Under the pieces are notes generated by a model that saw nothing but the letters and a program-made list of their open reading frames with translations, ran no database searches and was not told the DNA's origin. Shown one piece after another: positions 18,952 through 28,326 of a DNA stretch of 64,000 bases; position 1 is the stretch's first letter; each line of letters opens with the position of its first letter. Made by a program: the position numbers and the translations under genes. Source of the DNA: Rhodothermales bacterium (GTDB lineage Bacteria > Bacteroidota > Rhodothermia > Rhodothermales > Bin80); the NCBI GenBank assembly GCA_951812585.1, contig OX638318.1, forward strand, positions 1,240,819-1,304,818. The letters run 5' to 3'.

Positions 18952-20196
18952 TTGTACCGGCTTACGGAAGACGCCGCGGGACGCGCCAACTGCCGGTGCT
19001 GCTTCTTGAGGGCGAACGTGATTGTGACGCGGCTCGCAAGGAGTTGGCGGAATTTCTGTGCCTTTTCCGTTTCCAATGGGGCCGGCGGCGCCGTCAATAA
19101 GACGCAGGTGCACTCACTGGCCCGACGCACGGTCTATGTGTGTTTTGATGTAGACACTGCCGGACGCAAAGGCGCACAGAAAGCCGCGGTCAGGCTGAAA
19201 GAGGCCGGTTGCACCGTGGCCGTCCTTGAGCCGCAGGTGGATGCCGGAAAGGACTACTGTGACTGGGGCGACCGTGCCGCAGCCATACTGCGGCACGCCG
19301 TGAAAGAGGCGGTTCTCGATGTGCCTGCTGTGCAGGCATTCCCACACAAGAACATGGACGCATTCAAGGGCGCGCTGAAGGAGCTGGGGAAAGAGTACAG
19401 ATACAACATTCGCGCGGAAGCGCTGCAGATACGTGAAGGCCGTGGACCCTGGCGAACGCTGAGCGACAGCAAGGCGGAAGCGCTCAAGGAGCGCATAGAA
19501 CAGGACTGCAAATACGAAGCAGTGAGCGGTCCCAAACCGCTGAACTTTGGACGCGAGCACTGGCACCGCGTGACCTGGGCCTCCAGGCCGATGAAAGCAG
19601 GGTTGGTCCGTACATGGAATGGCTTGAAGCGCTGCCGGCATGGGACGGCAAGGAGCGGCTTGATACATGGCTGGTCGATCTGTGCGGCGCACAGGATAAT
19701 CCGGCGACGCGCTGGCCGGCGCATACATGTTCGGAGGGCCGATTACCCGCGCATATCAGCCGAGATTTAAGTTTGATGTGATGCCGGTGCTGATAGGTCC
19801 GCAGGGGTGCGGCAAGTCTTCGCTCGTGCGCGCATGCCTGCCGCCAGTGCTTCAAGCCGAAACGTTGGTGATGCGCTCCAACTGGATGCGTCCCGACAGA
19901 AACAGGTGGAAGCCACGCTTGGATGCATCTATGTCGAGGTGTCGGAAATGGCGGGGTACACGCACGCGTACATTGACCGGCTGAAGGCCTATCTGAGTAC
20001 GCGGATTGATAATGGCGTTCGGCTGGCCTACCGCCGCAATCCGGCGCTCCAGCGCGGGATTGCTGTTGCCGCGCCGGATTGCGTTGCTCTGCAGGGACCT
20101 CCACCTGGGCCTGTGCCCGTGCCGCAGCGCGCAGCACCTTGGCCTGAAGATCTGCGCCAAACGCCGTACCTTGGCGCTGGCACAACTTCCTTTTGA
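18952..20196 (+). pseudogene. Toprim primase - VirE-like (P4-type) helicase/primase, with multiple frameshifts
   Basis: Toprim pieces lie in two frames: LLLEGERDCDAA, and VYVCFDVDTAGRKGAQKAAVRLKEAG. VirE-like pieces are spread over ORFs 18952..19770, 19727..19984 (Walker A VLIGPQGCGKSS) and 19807..20196 (IYVEVSEMAGYTHAYIDRLKAYLSTRIDNGVRLAYRRNP). Confidence 0.6.
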
Positions 20197-20204
20197 CTGC
20201 TTCG

Positions 20205-21566
20205 ATGCGACTCGCCAGCATGCTGAGTGCGTGCCTGCTGCTTTTTGGCTGCAGCAGCACGGAAGCGCCGCCCAACCTCATCATCATCTTTGCAGACGAC
20301 CTCGGATACGGCGACCTGAGCAGCTATGGACATCCTACCATTCACACGCCCCACCTTGACCAGATGGCCACAGAAGGACTGCGGTTCACGCAGTTCTATA
20401 CCGGCGCTTCTGTCTGCACGCCCAGCCGTGCCGCACTGCTGACCGGGCGGTTGCCCGTGCGCAGCGGCATGGCCGATGACCGCGTCCGGGTGATCTTCCC
20501 GCCATCGCCAGGTGGATTGCCAACCGAAGAAACTACCATCGCGGAGATGCTCCAAAGTGCGGGCTATGCGACCGGCATCATTGGCAAATGGCACCTGGGA
20601 CATCAGGAAGGGCAGCTGCCCACAAGCCACGGCTTTGATTACTACTTCGGCATTCCGTACTCCAACGACATGAGTCCGGCCACCAGCGGTGGTGCCCGGG
20701 TGCAGACCTACCCGCCGTTGCCTTTGATGCGCAACACCGAAATCATCGAGGAAGAGCCCGACCAGCGTCTGCTCACGCGGCGTTACACCACAGAGGCGGT
20801 GGCATTCATCCGCAACCACGCAGCGTCACCCTTTTTCCTCTACGTCCCGCACTCCATGCCGCACATCCCCATTTTCGCTTCGGACGCCTTCGAAGGGACC
20901 AGCACGCGCGGCCTCTACGGCGATGTAATTGAGGAGCTTGATTGGAGTGTGGGACAGATTATCAGTGCCGTGAAGGAAATAGGCAAAGAACGGCAAACCC
21001 TAGTCGTCTTCACCAGCGACAACGGTCCCTGGCTGACCGTAAACCTGGCCGGGGGATCCGCTGGATTGTTGAGAGACGGCAAGGGCACAACATGGGAAGG
21101 AGGCATGCGGGTTCCCGGTCTCGCATGGTGGCCCGGCACCATCGCCCCCGGCGGCACCACCGTCGCGCTGGCGACCACTATGGATCTTTTTGCCACCGCT
21201 GCAGGCCTCGCAGGCGTGGCGCTGCCCGAAGATCGTGTCATGGACAGCGTAGATCTGACGCCAGTCCTGGTGGATCCGCAGCAGGAAGTACGCGACATGG
21301 TCTATTATTATCGGGGCACGCGTCTTTTTGCTGTGCGGAAAGGTCCCTGGAAGTTGCACTATATCACACAATCCGCGTACGTTGGCGACGCGCCCGTGAC
21401 ACAGAACCCGCCGCTGCTCTTTCATCTGGACCATGATCCGTCCGAGCGCTTCAACGTGGCCGCACACCAAGAGGAAGTCGTCGCTGAGATCGAAGAAGCG
21501 GTTCGCCAGCACCGCGCGGCGCTCGTGATGGCACCGTCGCAGCTGAGGGTACCCGCATGGGAATAG
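20205..21566 (+). CDS. Arylsulfatase (formylglycine-dependent sulfatase family), lipoprotein
   Basis: Track ORF 20193.., trimmed to ATG 20205 (MRLASMLSACLLLFGCSS). It has the sulfatase signature CTPSRAALLTGR, plus IIIFADDLGYGDL and GKWHLG. Confidence 0.9.
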   Translation: MRLASMLSACLLLFGCSSTEAPPNLIIIFADDLGYGDLSSYGHPTIHTPHLDQMATEGLRFTQFYTGASVCTPSRAALLTGRLPVRSGMADDRVRVIFPPSPGGLPTEETTIAEMLQSAGYATGIIGKWHLGHQEGQLPTSHGFDYYFGIPYSNDMSPATSGGARVQTYPPLPLMRNTEIIEEEPDQRLLTRRYTTEAVAFIRNHAASPFFLYVPHSMPHIPIFASDAFEGTSTRGLYGDVIEELDWSVGQIISAVKEIGKERQTLVVFTSDNGPWLTVNLAGGSAGLLRDGKGTTWEGGMRVPGLAWWPGTIAPGGTTVALATTMDLFATAAGLAGVALPEDRVMDSVDLTPVLVDPQQEVRDMVYYYRGTRLFAVRKGPWKLHYITQSAYVGDAPVTQNPPLLFHLDHDPSERFNVAAHQEEVVAEIEEAVRQHRAALVMAPSQLRVPAWE

Positions 21567-22450
21567 CAGCGCACTGCCCGTTGGTCGGGCTGCTTGTGAC
21601 TTTTGCGATGCTGGTCGGAAGCACGGGCTGCGGTTCCGGGATTCCCGAAGACATCGCCATCCCGCCAGGCATGGTGCTGGTACCGGGCGGCAAGACAGAT
21701 GTCGGCAGCGAGTCAGGCCTGCCCATGGAGCGCCCTGTGTTTCGCGCAAGGGTCAAGCCATTCTTCATGGATGTGCATCCCGTGACGGTCGCGCAGTTTC
21801 GCACTTTCGTGGACGCTACGGGCTATGTGACCGAGGCAGAGTCGTTCGGCAATGCAGGCATCCTTGATGCGGCAACAGGCCGATGGACGATGGTGGACAG
21901 TGCTACGTGGGCCTACCCGATGGGGCCGTCGTCGCCGGCCGCAGCCGACGACCATCCGGTGACGCAAGTTTCCTGGAACGACGCGGCGGCCTACGCCGCA
22001 TGGGCCGGCAAGCGGCTGCCTACCGAAGTGGAGTGGGAGCACGCCGCCCGGGGCGCGGTCAATGATCCGGGTCCGTATGCCTGGGGAGTATCGCTCATGG
22101 AGGAGGCCGCTTTCAAGGCCAACGTGTGGAACGGCCGCTTTCCCGTGCACAATACAGGCGACGATGGATACCTCTTGACCTCGCCCGTAGGCACCTATGG
22201 CAAAACGCCACTGGGTCTGACTGACATGGGTGGCAATGTATGGGAATGGACCGCCGACTGGTACCGGCCGTATGCGGAGCGCGATGAGCCCTTTGAACCG
22301 CATGCGTTCAGCGAAAAGGCCCAGCGTGGCGGCAGCTTTCTGTGCGAACCCGGCTGGTGTCACGGCTACCGGGTTTCAGCCCGCAGTCACTCTACGCCCG
22401 AGACGTCGCTGCATCATGTGGGCTTTCGCTGCGTGATGGACCTGCCGTAG
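21557..22450 (+). CDS. Formylglycine-generating enzyme (SUMF1/FGE family)
   Basis: 297 aa with a lipoprotein-like signal (LVGSTGCGSG). FGE motifs are present: HPVTQVSWNDAAAYAAWAGKRLPTEVEWEHAARG, GNVWEWTADW and RGGSFLC. It overlaps the sulfatase stop by 10 nt. Confidence 0.9.
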   Translation: MGIAAHCPLVGLLVTFAMLVGSTGCGSGIPEDIAIPPGMVLVPGGKTDVGSESGLPMERPVFRARVKPFFMDVHPVTVAQFRTFVDATGYVTEAESFGNAGILDAATGRWTMVDSATWAYPMGPSSPAAADDHPVTQVSWNDAAAYAAWAGKRLPTEVEWEHAARGAVNDPGPYAWGVSLMEEAAFKANVWNGRFPVHNTGDDGYLLTSPVGTYGKTPLGLTDMGGNVWEWTADWYRPYAERDEPFEPHAFSEKAQRGGSFLCEPGWCHGYRVSARSHSTPETSLHHVGFRCVMDLP

Positions 22451-22988
22451 GCTTTCCCAGGAGGCGCTCTACGTGCTGCAGCGCAGCATTGAAACGCTCG
22501 GCGTGCGTACCGGCGATCACGGCGTGGGGCAAGTTCTTCATGGCGGCCGCGAAGAGGCGGTGCGTGGCCGCCTGCACCGCAGGCCCGTCCCGCTGCCCTG
22601 GATCCGGCTTCCAAGCCAGGTCCGTGTTCATAAGCAGGTACAGGTCTGCGCGGCGGGCCGCAGCCGCTTCCTCGACCCAGATCGGCGGTTCGCCAAAATA
22701 GTAGCGGTGATATACACAGGTGGATATGAGATCTGTGTCCAGAAACAACACCCGATAAGCCCGGCGCAAAAGGCGCTGCTCCTGCTCCAGATGACCCTCG
22801 GCGATGCGAGGAATATCGGCTTCCAGAGGCAAGCGACCTTGTTCGTCCACGAACTGCCGCAAGTACTCGGGTGCCCATGTTGTCTTGTAGTGCGCCGCGA
22901 GGGCTTGTGCCATCGTCGTCTTACCGGTCGATTCGGCACCTGTGACCACCACGCGTCGTATGGTGCCGCGAGTTGCGTCCGAGGGCAT
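22392..22988 (-). CDS. NadR-type ATPase/kinase domain protein (ribosylnicotinamide kinase-like)
   Basis: The P-loop VVVTGAESTGKTTMAQALAAHY is followed by WAPEYLRQF and VLFLDTDLISTCVY, a pattern like the NadR C-terminal kinase domain. Its 3' end overlaps the convergent FGE gene. Confidence 0.65.
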   Translation of the reverse strand: MPSDATRGTIRRVVVTGAESTGKTTMAQALAAHYKTTWAPEYLRQFVDEQGRLPLEADIPRIAEGHLEQEQRLLRRAYRVLFLDTDLISTCVYHRYYFGEPPIWVEEAAAARRADLYLLMNTDLAWKPDPGQRDGPAVQAATHRLFAAAMKNLPHAVIAGTHAERFNAALQHVERLLGKPTAGPSRSESPHDAATSRA

Positions 22989-23150
22989 AGGCTATGCCGC
23001 GCACACCGCGCGTTCGTTTCGGCAAGGTTTTGCCGGCGCTGGGATTGGTACGCTGCCCGTGGTACACGCACCGATACGCTCAACGCGCATACGGAGACGC
23101 GGATGCTTCCAGAACACCGGATGCGCCCATGCGGCACGCCTAGCTGCGTG

Positions 23151-23708
23151 CTACCAGAGCCATCCGAAGAAACCGGCGGTCAGCAAGCCGTATACCAGCC
23201 CGTCCAACGCATGGCGCACCGTATTCCCCCAGGGCACATGGAACCAGATGCTGCTGGTAAACAGCGCGGCGCTGTAGGCCAGGGTGGCTGTGGCTCCCGT
23301 GACCTGAAATACCTTGAGGTATGTGGGCGCATCGACCGTGAATAAGGCCGCGGAAGCGACGTACGCCACCATCAGCGAAACACACAGCACGTACACGCCT
23401 TGGGCGATTAGCTGTCGGCTCATGCCAGCGGTGTTGCGCCCGATCACCAAGAGACCTACCGGGCCCGTCTGGAATTTTTGGCGGACTTCAGGACTATTCC
23501 AATCCTCTTTCGAGTGGGCATACGGAATGGCATACTGCGCGCGCGCCAGCTTCTGAGCCTGTATAGCGGCACGCATCGCGTCCTCGTCGGGCAGGCGCAT
23601 GTAGTCCTTGCGGTGGTGCGGGAGCACCATGTTCAAGACGCTGCCTGCCACAAAGACCACAGCCGCTGAAAGAAGGATGGGCAGCCATAGCTGCGTGATG
23701 AATTCCAT
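23151..23708 (-). CDS. Membrane protein, hypothetical
   Basis: A 185-aa ORF with four hydrophobic segments (WLPILLSAAVVFVAGSVL.., GVYVLCVSLMVAYVASAALF, ATATLAYSAALFTSSIWF, LVYGLLTAGFFGWLW). No family was recognised. Confidence 0.5.
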   Translation of the reverse strand: MEFITQLWLPILLSAAVVFVAGSVLNMVLPHHRKDYMRLPDEDAMRAAIQAQKLARAQYAIPYAHSKEDWNSPEVRQKFQTGPVGLLVIGRNTAGMSRQLIAQGVYVLCVSLMVAYVASAALFTVDAPTYLKVFQVTGATATLAYSAALFTSSIWFHVPWGNTVRHALDGLVYGLLTAGFFGWLW

Positions 23709-23861
23709 AATGATTGCCGGTGTTGTTCCTGACTTTCAGGAGTATACGAACAGTGTTCATTTGTGACACTTGTGAAGGTGCGCCCAAGTACGCGCGTACT
23801 TGGCTGTAGCTGCGTACTTTTCGGCACGCGCGTGCCACCACGGTGCGCCAAGGTGCTCCGT

Positions 23862-25952
23862 ATGATGCTGACTGAAGGGCTGACATACTTCAAAGGCGTA
23901 GGCCCCAAGCGCGCAGGAATTCTAGGGCGTGCCGGCATCGCCAACTGCCGCGATCTGCTGTACTACTTTCCGCGGCGCTACTTGGACCGTACCTCTACGA
24001 CCGCCATCTGGCACCTTCAGCCCGGAGACGGCGAAGTGACCATCGTCGGGCGCATTCGCAGGATAAAGACTTCCAGTGGCAGACGTCGGCCCCGGCTGGA
24101 GGCGATCCTTGAAGATGACATGGGCGGCCAGATCATGCTGATCTGGTTCAACGGCATCCAGTGGGTGGAGAGGACGCTCGATGCGGACGAGCTCGTGGCC
24201 GTATTTGGCAAAGTGCAGACGTTTAGGCATCGGCTGTCGATGATTCATCCGGACATGGACAAGCTGGGAGACGACGGGCCACAGCTTTCCACGGGACGTA
24301 TCATTGCGCTCTACGCTGGCAGCGCATTGTTCCAGCGCGTGGGACTGACCAGCCGCACCTTCAGACGTATTCTTTACAACCTTATCAAGACGCGCGGACT
24401 GGAGATGCCGGAGGAGATTCTTCCACGGCGGCTCGTGGCGGAGCAAGGCCTGATGAACTGGCGCTCGGCCGTCCGGGCCATGCACTTCCCCAGATCGGTG
24501 GACGAGCTCAACGCGGCCCGCGAGCGATTGAAGTTTGAGGAGCTGTTCTTCCTCCAGCTCATGCTGTGCCTTGCTCGGCGGCAGCGCCTCCGAATACCGG
24601 CGCTGAAGCTGGAGCAACCAGTGGACCTTGTGAAACGGTTCGTTCGCTCACTTCCCTTTACGCTGACCGCGGGCCAAAGGCGCGCCATCCAGGACATTGC
24701 GCGGGACACCAGCAGCGGTTATCAGATGAATCGGCTCCTGCAAGGTGATGTGGGTAGCGGCAAAACCGTGGTCGCCGTTTCAGCGCTCTTGATGGGTGTA
24801 GGAAGCGGATGCCAGGGCGCCATCATGGCCCCTACTGAAGTCCTGGCCGAGCAACACTTCAAGACGCTGGTCAAGCTCTTGAATCCACTCGGTGTGCATG
24901 TGGGATTTCTTATTGGGGGACAGCGCAAGCGTGCGCGGCAGGCCATCCTTGAAGGGATTGCCGACGGCACGACGCAGATCGTAGTAGGCACGCACGCCAT
25001 CTTTCAAGAACATGTGCGTTTTCGAAAGCTGGGGGTGATCGTCATTGATGAGCAGCACCGCTTCGGCGTGCAGCAGCGTGCGACGCTGCAGGAGAAGGGA
25101 GACCATCCGCACGTCCTGCTGATGACCGCCACGCCAATCCCCCGATCCCTGGCACTGACCATCTATGGCGATCTGGATCTTAGCCTGATTACCGAGCTGC
25201 CTGCCGGACGGCAGCCGATTGAGACCAAGCTTTTTGGCGAATCGCGCCGGTCTGCAATGCTCTGGCATGTGCAGCGCGAAGTGGAGAAGAAGCGTCAGGC
25301 CTACGTGATCTATCCGCAGGTGGAAGAGTCGGAAAAGACCGATCTCAAGGACGCCGAAAGCGGCTACAGGCAGCTGCGTGAGGCTTTTCGCCACGCCACC
25401 GTGGGACTGGTCCACGGCAAGATGCCTTCGGAAGAAAAGGAAGCCATCATGGCACGCTTTACGGCGGGTGACATCGACATTCTGGTCGCAACGACCGTGG
25501 TCGAGGTAGGCATTGATGCGCCCAACGCAACCATCATGGTTATCGAGCATGCAGAACGCTTTGGCTTAAGCCAGCTGCACCAGCTGCGCGGCCGCGTGGG
25601 CCGCGGATCCCACAAAAGCTACTGCATCCTCATGGCTGACTACCGGCAGACCCCGGAGGCCAAGCAGCGCCTGCTGACGCTGACCCGCACTACGGACGGC
25701 TTCACGATCAGCGACAAGGACCTGGAAATTCGTGGCGGCGGCGACTTCTTCGGCACACGGCAGCATGGGCTGCCCAGCTTCAAGCTGGCCGACCTGGTAG
25801 AGGACGCGGGCCTTATCGAAACCGCACGCGAGGCTGCTGTGCGGCTTCTGGAGCAGGATCCAAACCTGGAGCATCCCGCGCACGAAACCGTACGCTGGTA
25901 CTACGACACATTCGTCGGGCAGAGCGTAGGGCGGCTGTTCAGAGTGGGCTGA
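23862..25952 (+). CDS. recG: ATP-dependent DNA helicase RecG
   Basis: Track ORF 23763.., trimmed to ATG 23862 (MMLTEGLTYFKGVGPKRAGIL). A wedge/OB region is followed by helicase motifs GDVGSGKT, DEQHRFG, TATPIPRS, VGIDAPNAT and QLRGRVGRG. Confidence 0.92.
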   Translation: MMLTEGLTYFKGVGPKRAGILGRAGIANCRDLLYYFPRRYLDRTSTTAIWHLQPGDGEVTIVGRIRRIKTSSGRRRPRLEAILEDDMGGQIMLIWFNGIQWVERTLDADELVAVFGKVQTFRHRLSMIHPDMDKLGDDGPQLSTGRIIALYAGSALFQRVGLTSRTFRRILYNLIKTRGLEMPEEILPRRLVAEQGLMNWRSAVRAMHFPRSVDELNAARERLKFEELFFLQLMLCLARRQRLRIPALKLEQPVDLVKRFVRSLPFTLTAGQRRAIQDIARDTSSGYQMNRLLQGDVGSGKTVVAVSALLMGVGSGCQGAIMAPTEVLAEQHFKTLVKLLNPLGVHVGFLIGGQRKRARQAILEGIADGTTQIVVGTHAIFQEHVRFRKLGVIVIDEQHRFGVQQRATLQEKGDHPHVLLMTATPIPRSLALTIYGDLDLSLITELPAGRQPIETKLFGESRRSAMLWHVQREVEKKRQAYVIYPQVEESEKTDLKDAESGYRQLREAFRHATVGLVHGKMPSEEKEAIMARFTAGDIDILVATTVVEVGIDAPNATIMVIEHAERFGLSQLHQLRGRVGRGSHKSYCILMADYRQTPEAKQRLLTLTRTTDGFTISDKDLEIRGGGDFFGTRQHGLPSFKLADLVEDAGLIETAREAAVRLLEQDPNLEHPAHETVRWYYDTFVGQSVGRLFRVG

Positions 25953-25954
25953 TC

Positions 25955-26866
25955 ATGCAGCAATACATTGACATCTTTTTGCAGGGCTACCATAACTATG
26001 CCCGCTACCTGTGGCAGGAAATCACCCAGCCGCACTGGCAGAACTACTTCTACTGGCTCATCGGAGTGTCGCTCTTCTTCTTTGCCCTGGAGCTGCTTTC
26101 ACCCTGGCGCCGCGATCAGAAGCGATTCCGCAAAGATTTCTGGCTGGACCTCTTCTACGTATTCTTCAACTACTTCCTCTTTTCGCTTTTCATCTACAAC
26201 GCGGCTTCAGACGTCGCGGTAAACCTGTTCAGCGATGCCCTGGCCGCCATCGGCATCACCAACCTGATCGCCATCGAAGTCAACGGGTGGCCGGTCTGGG
26301 TGCAGCTTGTGGTCCTCTTTGTGCTGCGCGACTTCATCCACTGGAATGTGCACCGACTCCTGCACCGCATCCCCTGGCTGTGGGAATTTCACAAGGTGCA
26401 TCACTCGGTTGAACAGCTGGGTTTTGCCGCGCACCTGCGGTTCCACTGGATGGAGAATGTCGTCTACAACGCATTGCAGTATCTGCCGTTGGCCATGATT
26501 GGCTTCGGCATTGACGACTATTTCATTGCCTACATGATCGCGCTGGCCATTGGCCACTTCAACCACTCCAACCTCAGCGTGCCGCTGGGGCCGCTGAAGT
26601 ACGTGCTCAACAATCCGCAGATGCACATCTGGCACCATGCCAAATCGTGGCCCGAAGCCAGTCCCTACGGCATCAACTTCGGACTCAGCCTCAGCGTGTG
26701 GGACTACCTGTTCGGGACCGCAGCCATTCCCCACGATGGACGCAATATCACGCTGGGCTTTCCGGGCGACGAATCGTTTCCGACAACATTTCTGGGGCAG
26801 AGCGCCCATGGCCTGAGGCTGCCGCGGCCGGACGCGCGCCGAAGGAGTGACGATAGCCGCGCTTAG
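25955..26866 (+). CDS. Sterol desaturase / fatty acid hydroxylase family membrane protein
   Basis: Histidine boxes HWNVHRLLH, HKVHHS and MHIWHH are embedded in a polytopic membrane protein. Confidence 0.8.
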   Translation: MQQYIDIFLQGYHNYARYLWQEITQPHWQNYFYWLIGVSLFFFALELLSPWRRDQKRFRKDFWLDLFYVFFNYFLFSLFIYNAASDVAVNLFSDALAAIGITNLIAIEVNGWPVWVQLVVLFVLRDFIHWNVHRLLHRIPWLWEFHKVHHSVEQLGFAAHLRFHWMENVVYNALQYLPLAMIGFGIDDYFIAYMIALAIGHFNHSNLSVPLGPLKYVLNNPQMHIWHHAKSWPEASPYGINFGLSLSVWDYLFGTAAIPHDGRNITLGFPGDESFPTTFLGQSAHGLRLPRPDARRRSDDSRA

Positions 26867-28326
26867 TAGCCGGCGAAGCGCCAGCGCGCAATATGGGACG
26901 GGCTGCGGCTGCGCATCACCGCGTCAATCTCCACGACGACATCTGGATGAGCCGCCGCCACATCGGTTGTTTCCGCGGGGTCGGCAGCGAGGTCGTAGAG
27001 CGCTATCGGCGCATTCGCATCGGCGCGCCCACCGAGGCGTACACCCTTCCAGTCTCCCAGGCGCACCGCCTGGGCACCCTGCCAGCTTCGCCCGTGGTAC
27101 TCCCAGTACATCTCCGACGGCGGGGGCGCGGGTTCGCCAAGGAGGACAGGCAAGAATGATTTGCCGTCCAGCGCCACATCCACCGTGATTCCGGCAAGGT
27201 CAGCCACGGTAGGAATTATATCCCAGAAGGCCGACACATGATCTGTGGTGGTGCCCGGCGCAATGCGGCCCGGCCAGTAGGCAATCATCGGGACGCGGAT
27301 GCCGCCCTCGTAGACTTCGCCCTTGCCTCCCCGCAGGCCGCCCGCGCTGTCAAAAAGCTCAACATCCACACTGCCGACATACGTCGGACCATTGTCGCTG
27401 GAAAACATCACCAGCGTATTGTCCGCGAGCCCCAGCTCTTCCAGCACCGCCATCAGGCGGCCTAGGTGTGCGTCCATCCGGGTAATCATCGCAGCGTAGG
27501 CCGACTTTGGACGAATGTGGGGCAGGTAGCCCTGTCCCCCGGGATAGGGCTCCTCGTCGAATACGCCATCGTACGCGGCCAGCGCCTCGTCCGGCACCTG
27601 CAGGGCCAGGTGCGGCACCACATGCGGCACATACAGAAAGAACGGACCTGCTGCGTTGGCACGAATGAACGCCTCCGCCTCCTCCATCATGAGGTCCGGC
27701 GCGTAGTCCACCCCCTTGTAGCGGTCGTAAGCTGAGGGATCATAGAGGTCGTCGCCCTCGAAGCGCTGGTGCGGGTGAAAGTACGGATTGCGCAGCGTGT
27801 CCCAGACCGTATTCCTCCAAAGATGGGTGGGATAGTAGTTATGCGCCTGTTTCTGATCCAGATACCCGTAGAAAAAGTCGAATCCCTGCTGATTCGGCAC
27901 GCCCGTGGATCCGGGGCCGCCCAGGCCCCACTTGCCGACTATCGCCGTGGCATACCCCGCGTTCTGCAGCATGCGGCCCAGCGTGAATGCTCCTTTGCGC
28001 AGCGGCAGCTGCCCATGCTCCTCCTCGTCTGCAAAGCCGCCCAGCTCGAAGTTGTCCCGAACGTAGCAATGCCCAGTATGGCGGCCCGTCAGCAGCGTGC
28101 ATCGCGATGGTGCACAAACGGGACTGCCGCTGTAGTGCTGCGTAAAGCGCAGTCCTTCAGCCGCCAGACGATCCAAGTGCGGCGTCTGGATAATCTCCTG
28201 TCCGTATGCACCAACCTCACCGTAGCCCAGGTCGTCGGCCAGGAAGTAAATGATGTTCGGCGGCTCGTCTGCCGGCTGCTGGCATGCGACCAGGCAGAGC
28301 ACCAACAAGAGCAAGCGTGGCGTCAT
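26863..28326 (-). CDS. Arylsulfatase (formylglycine-dependent), secreted/lipoprotein
   Basis: 487 aa with signal MTPRLLLLVLCLVACQ, the sulfatase signature CAPSRCTLLTGRHTGH, and IIYFLADDLGYGEVG. Confidence 0.9.
   Translation of the reverse strand: MTPRLLLLVLCLVACQQPADEPPNIIYFLADDLGYGEVGAYGQEIIQTPHLDRLAAEGLRFTQHYSGSPVCAPSRCTLLTGRHTGHCYVRDNFELGGFADEEEHGQLPLRKGAFTLGRMLQNAGYATAIVGKWGLGGPGSTGVPNQQGFDFFYGYLDQKQAHNYYPTHLWRNTVWDTLRNPYFHPHQRFEGDDLYDPSAYDRYKGVDYAPDLMMEEAEAFIRANAAGPFFLYVPHVVPHLALQVPDEALAAYDGVFDEEPYPGGQGYLPHIRPKSAYAAMITRMDAHLGRLMAVLEELGLADNTLVMFSSDNGPTYVGSVDVELFDSAGGLRGGKGEVYEGGIRVPMIAYWPGRIAPGTTTDHVSAFWDIIPTVADLAGITVDVALDGKSFLPVLLGEPAPPPSEMYWEYHGRSWQGAQAVRLGDWKGVRLGGRADANAPIALYDLAADPAETTDVAAAHPDVVVEIDAVMRSRSPSHIARWRFAGY

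Larger units (their letters stand above)
16380..20196. mobile_element. Decayed mobilisable plasmid-like element (Mob, ParA, primase/VirE), with no integrase detected
   Basis: A contiguous set of plasmid-type genes, all disrupted (see the pseudogene entries for 16498-20196). The left boundary is uncertain. The right boundary abuts the sulfatase start at 20205. Confidence 0.5.
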
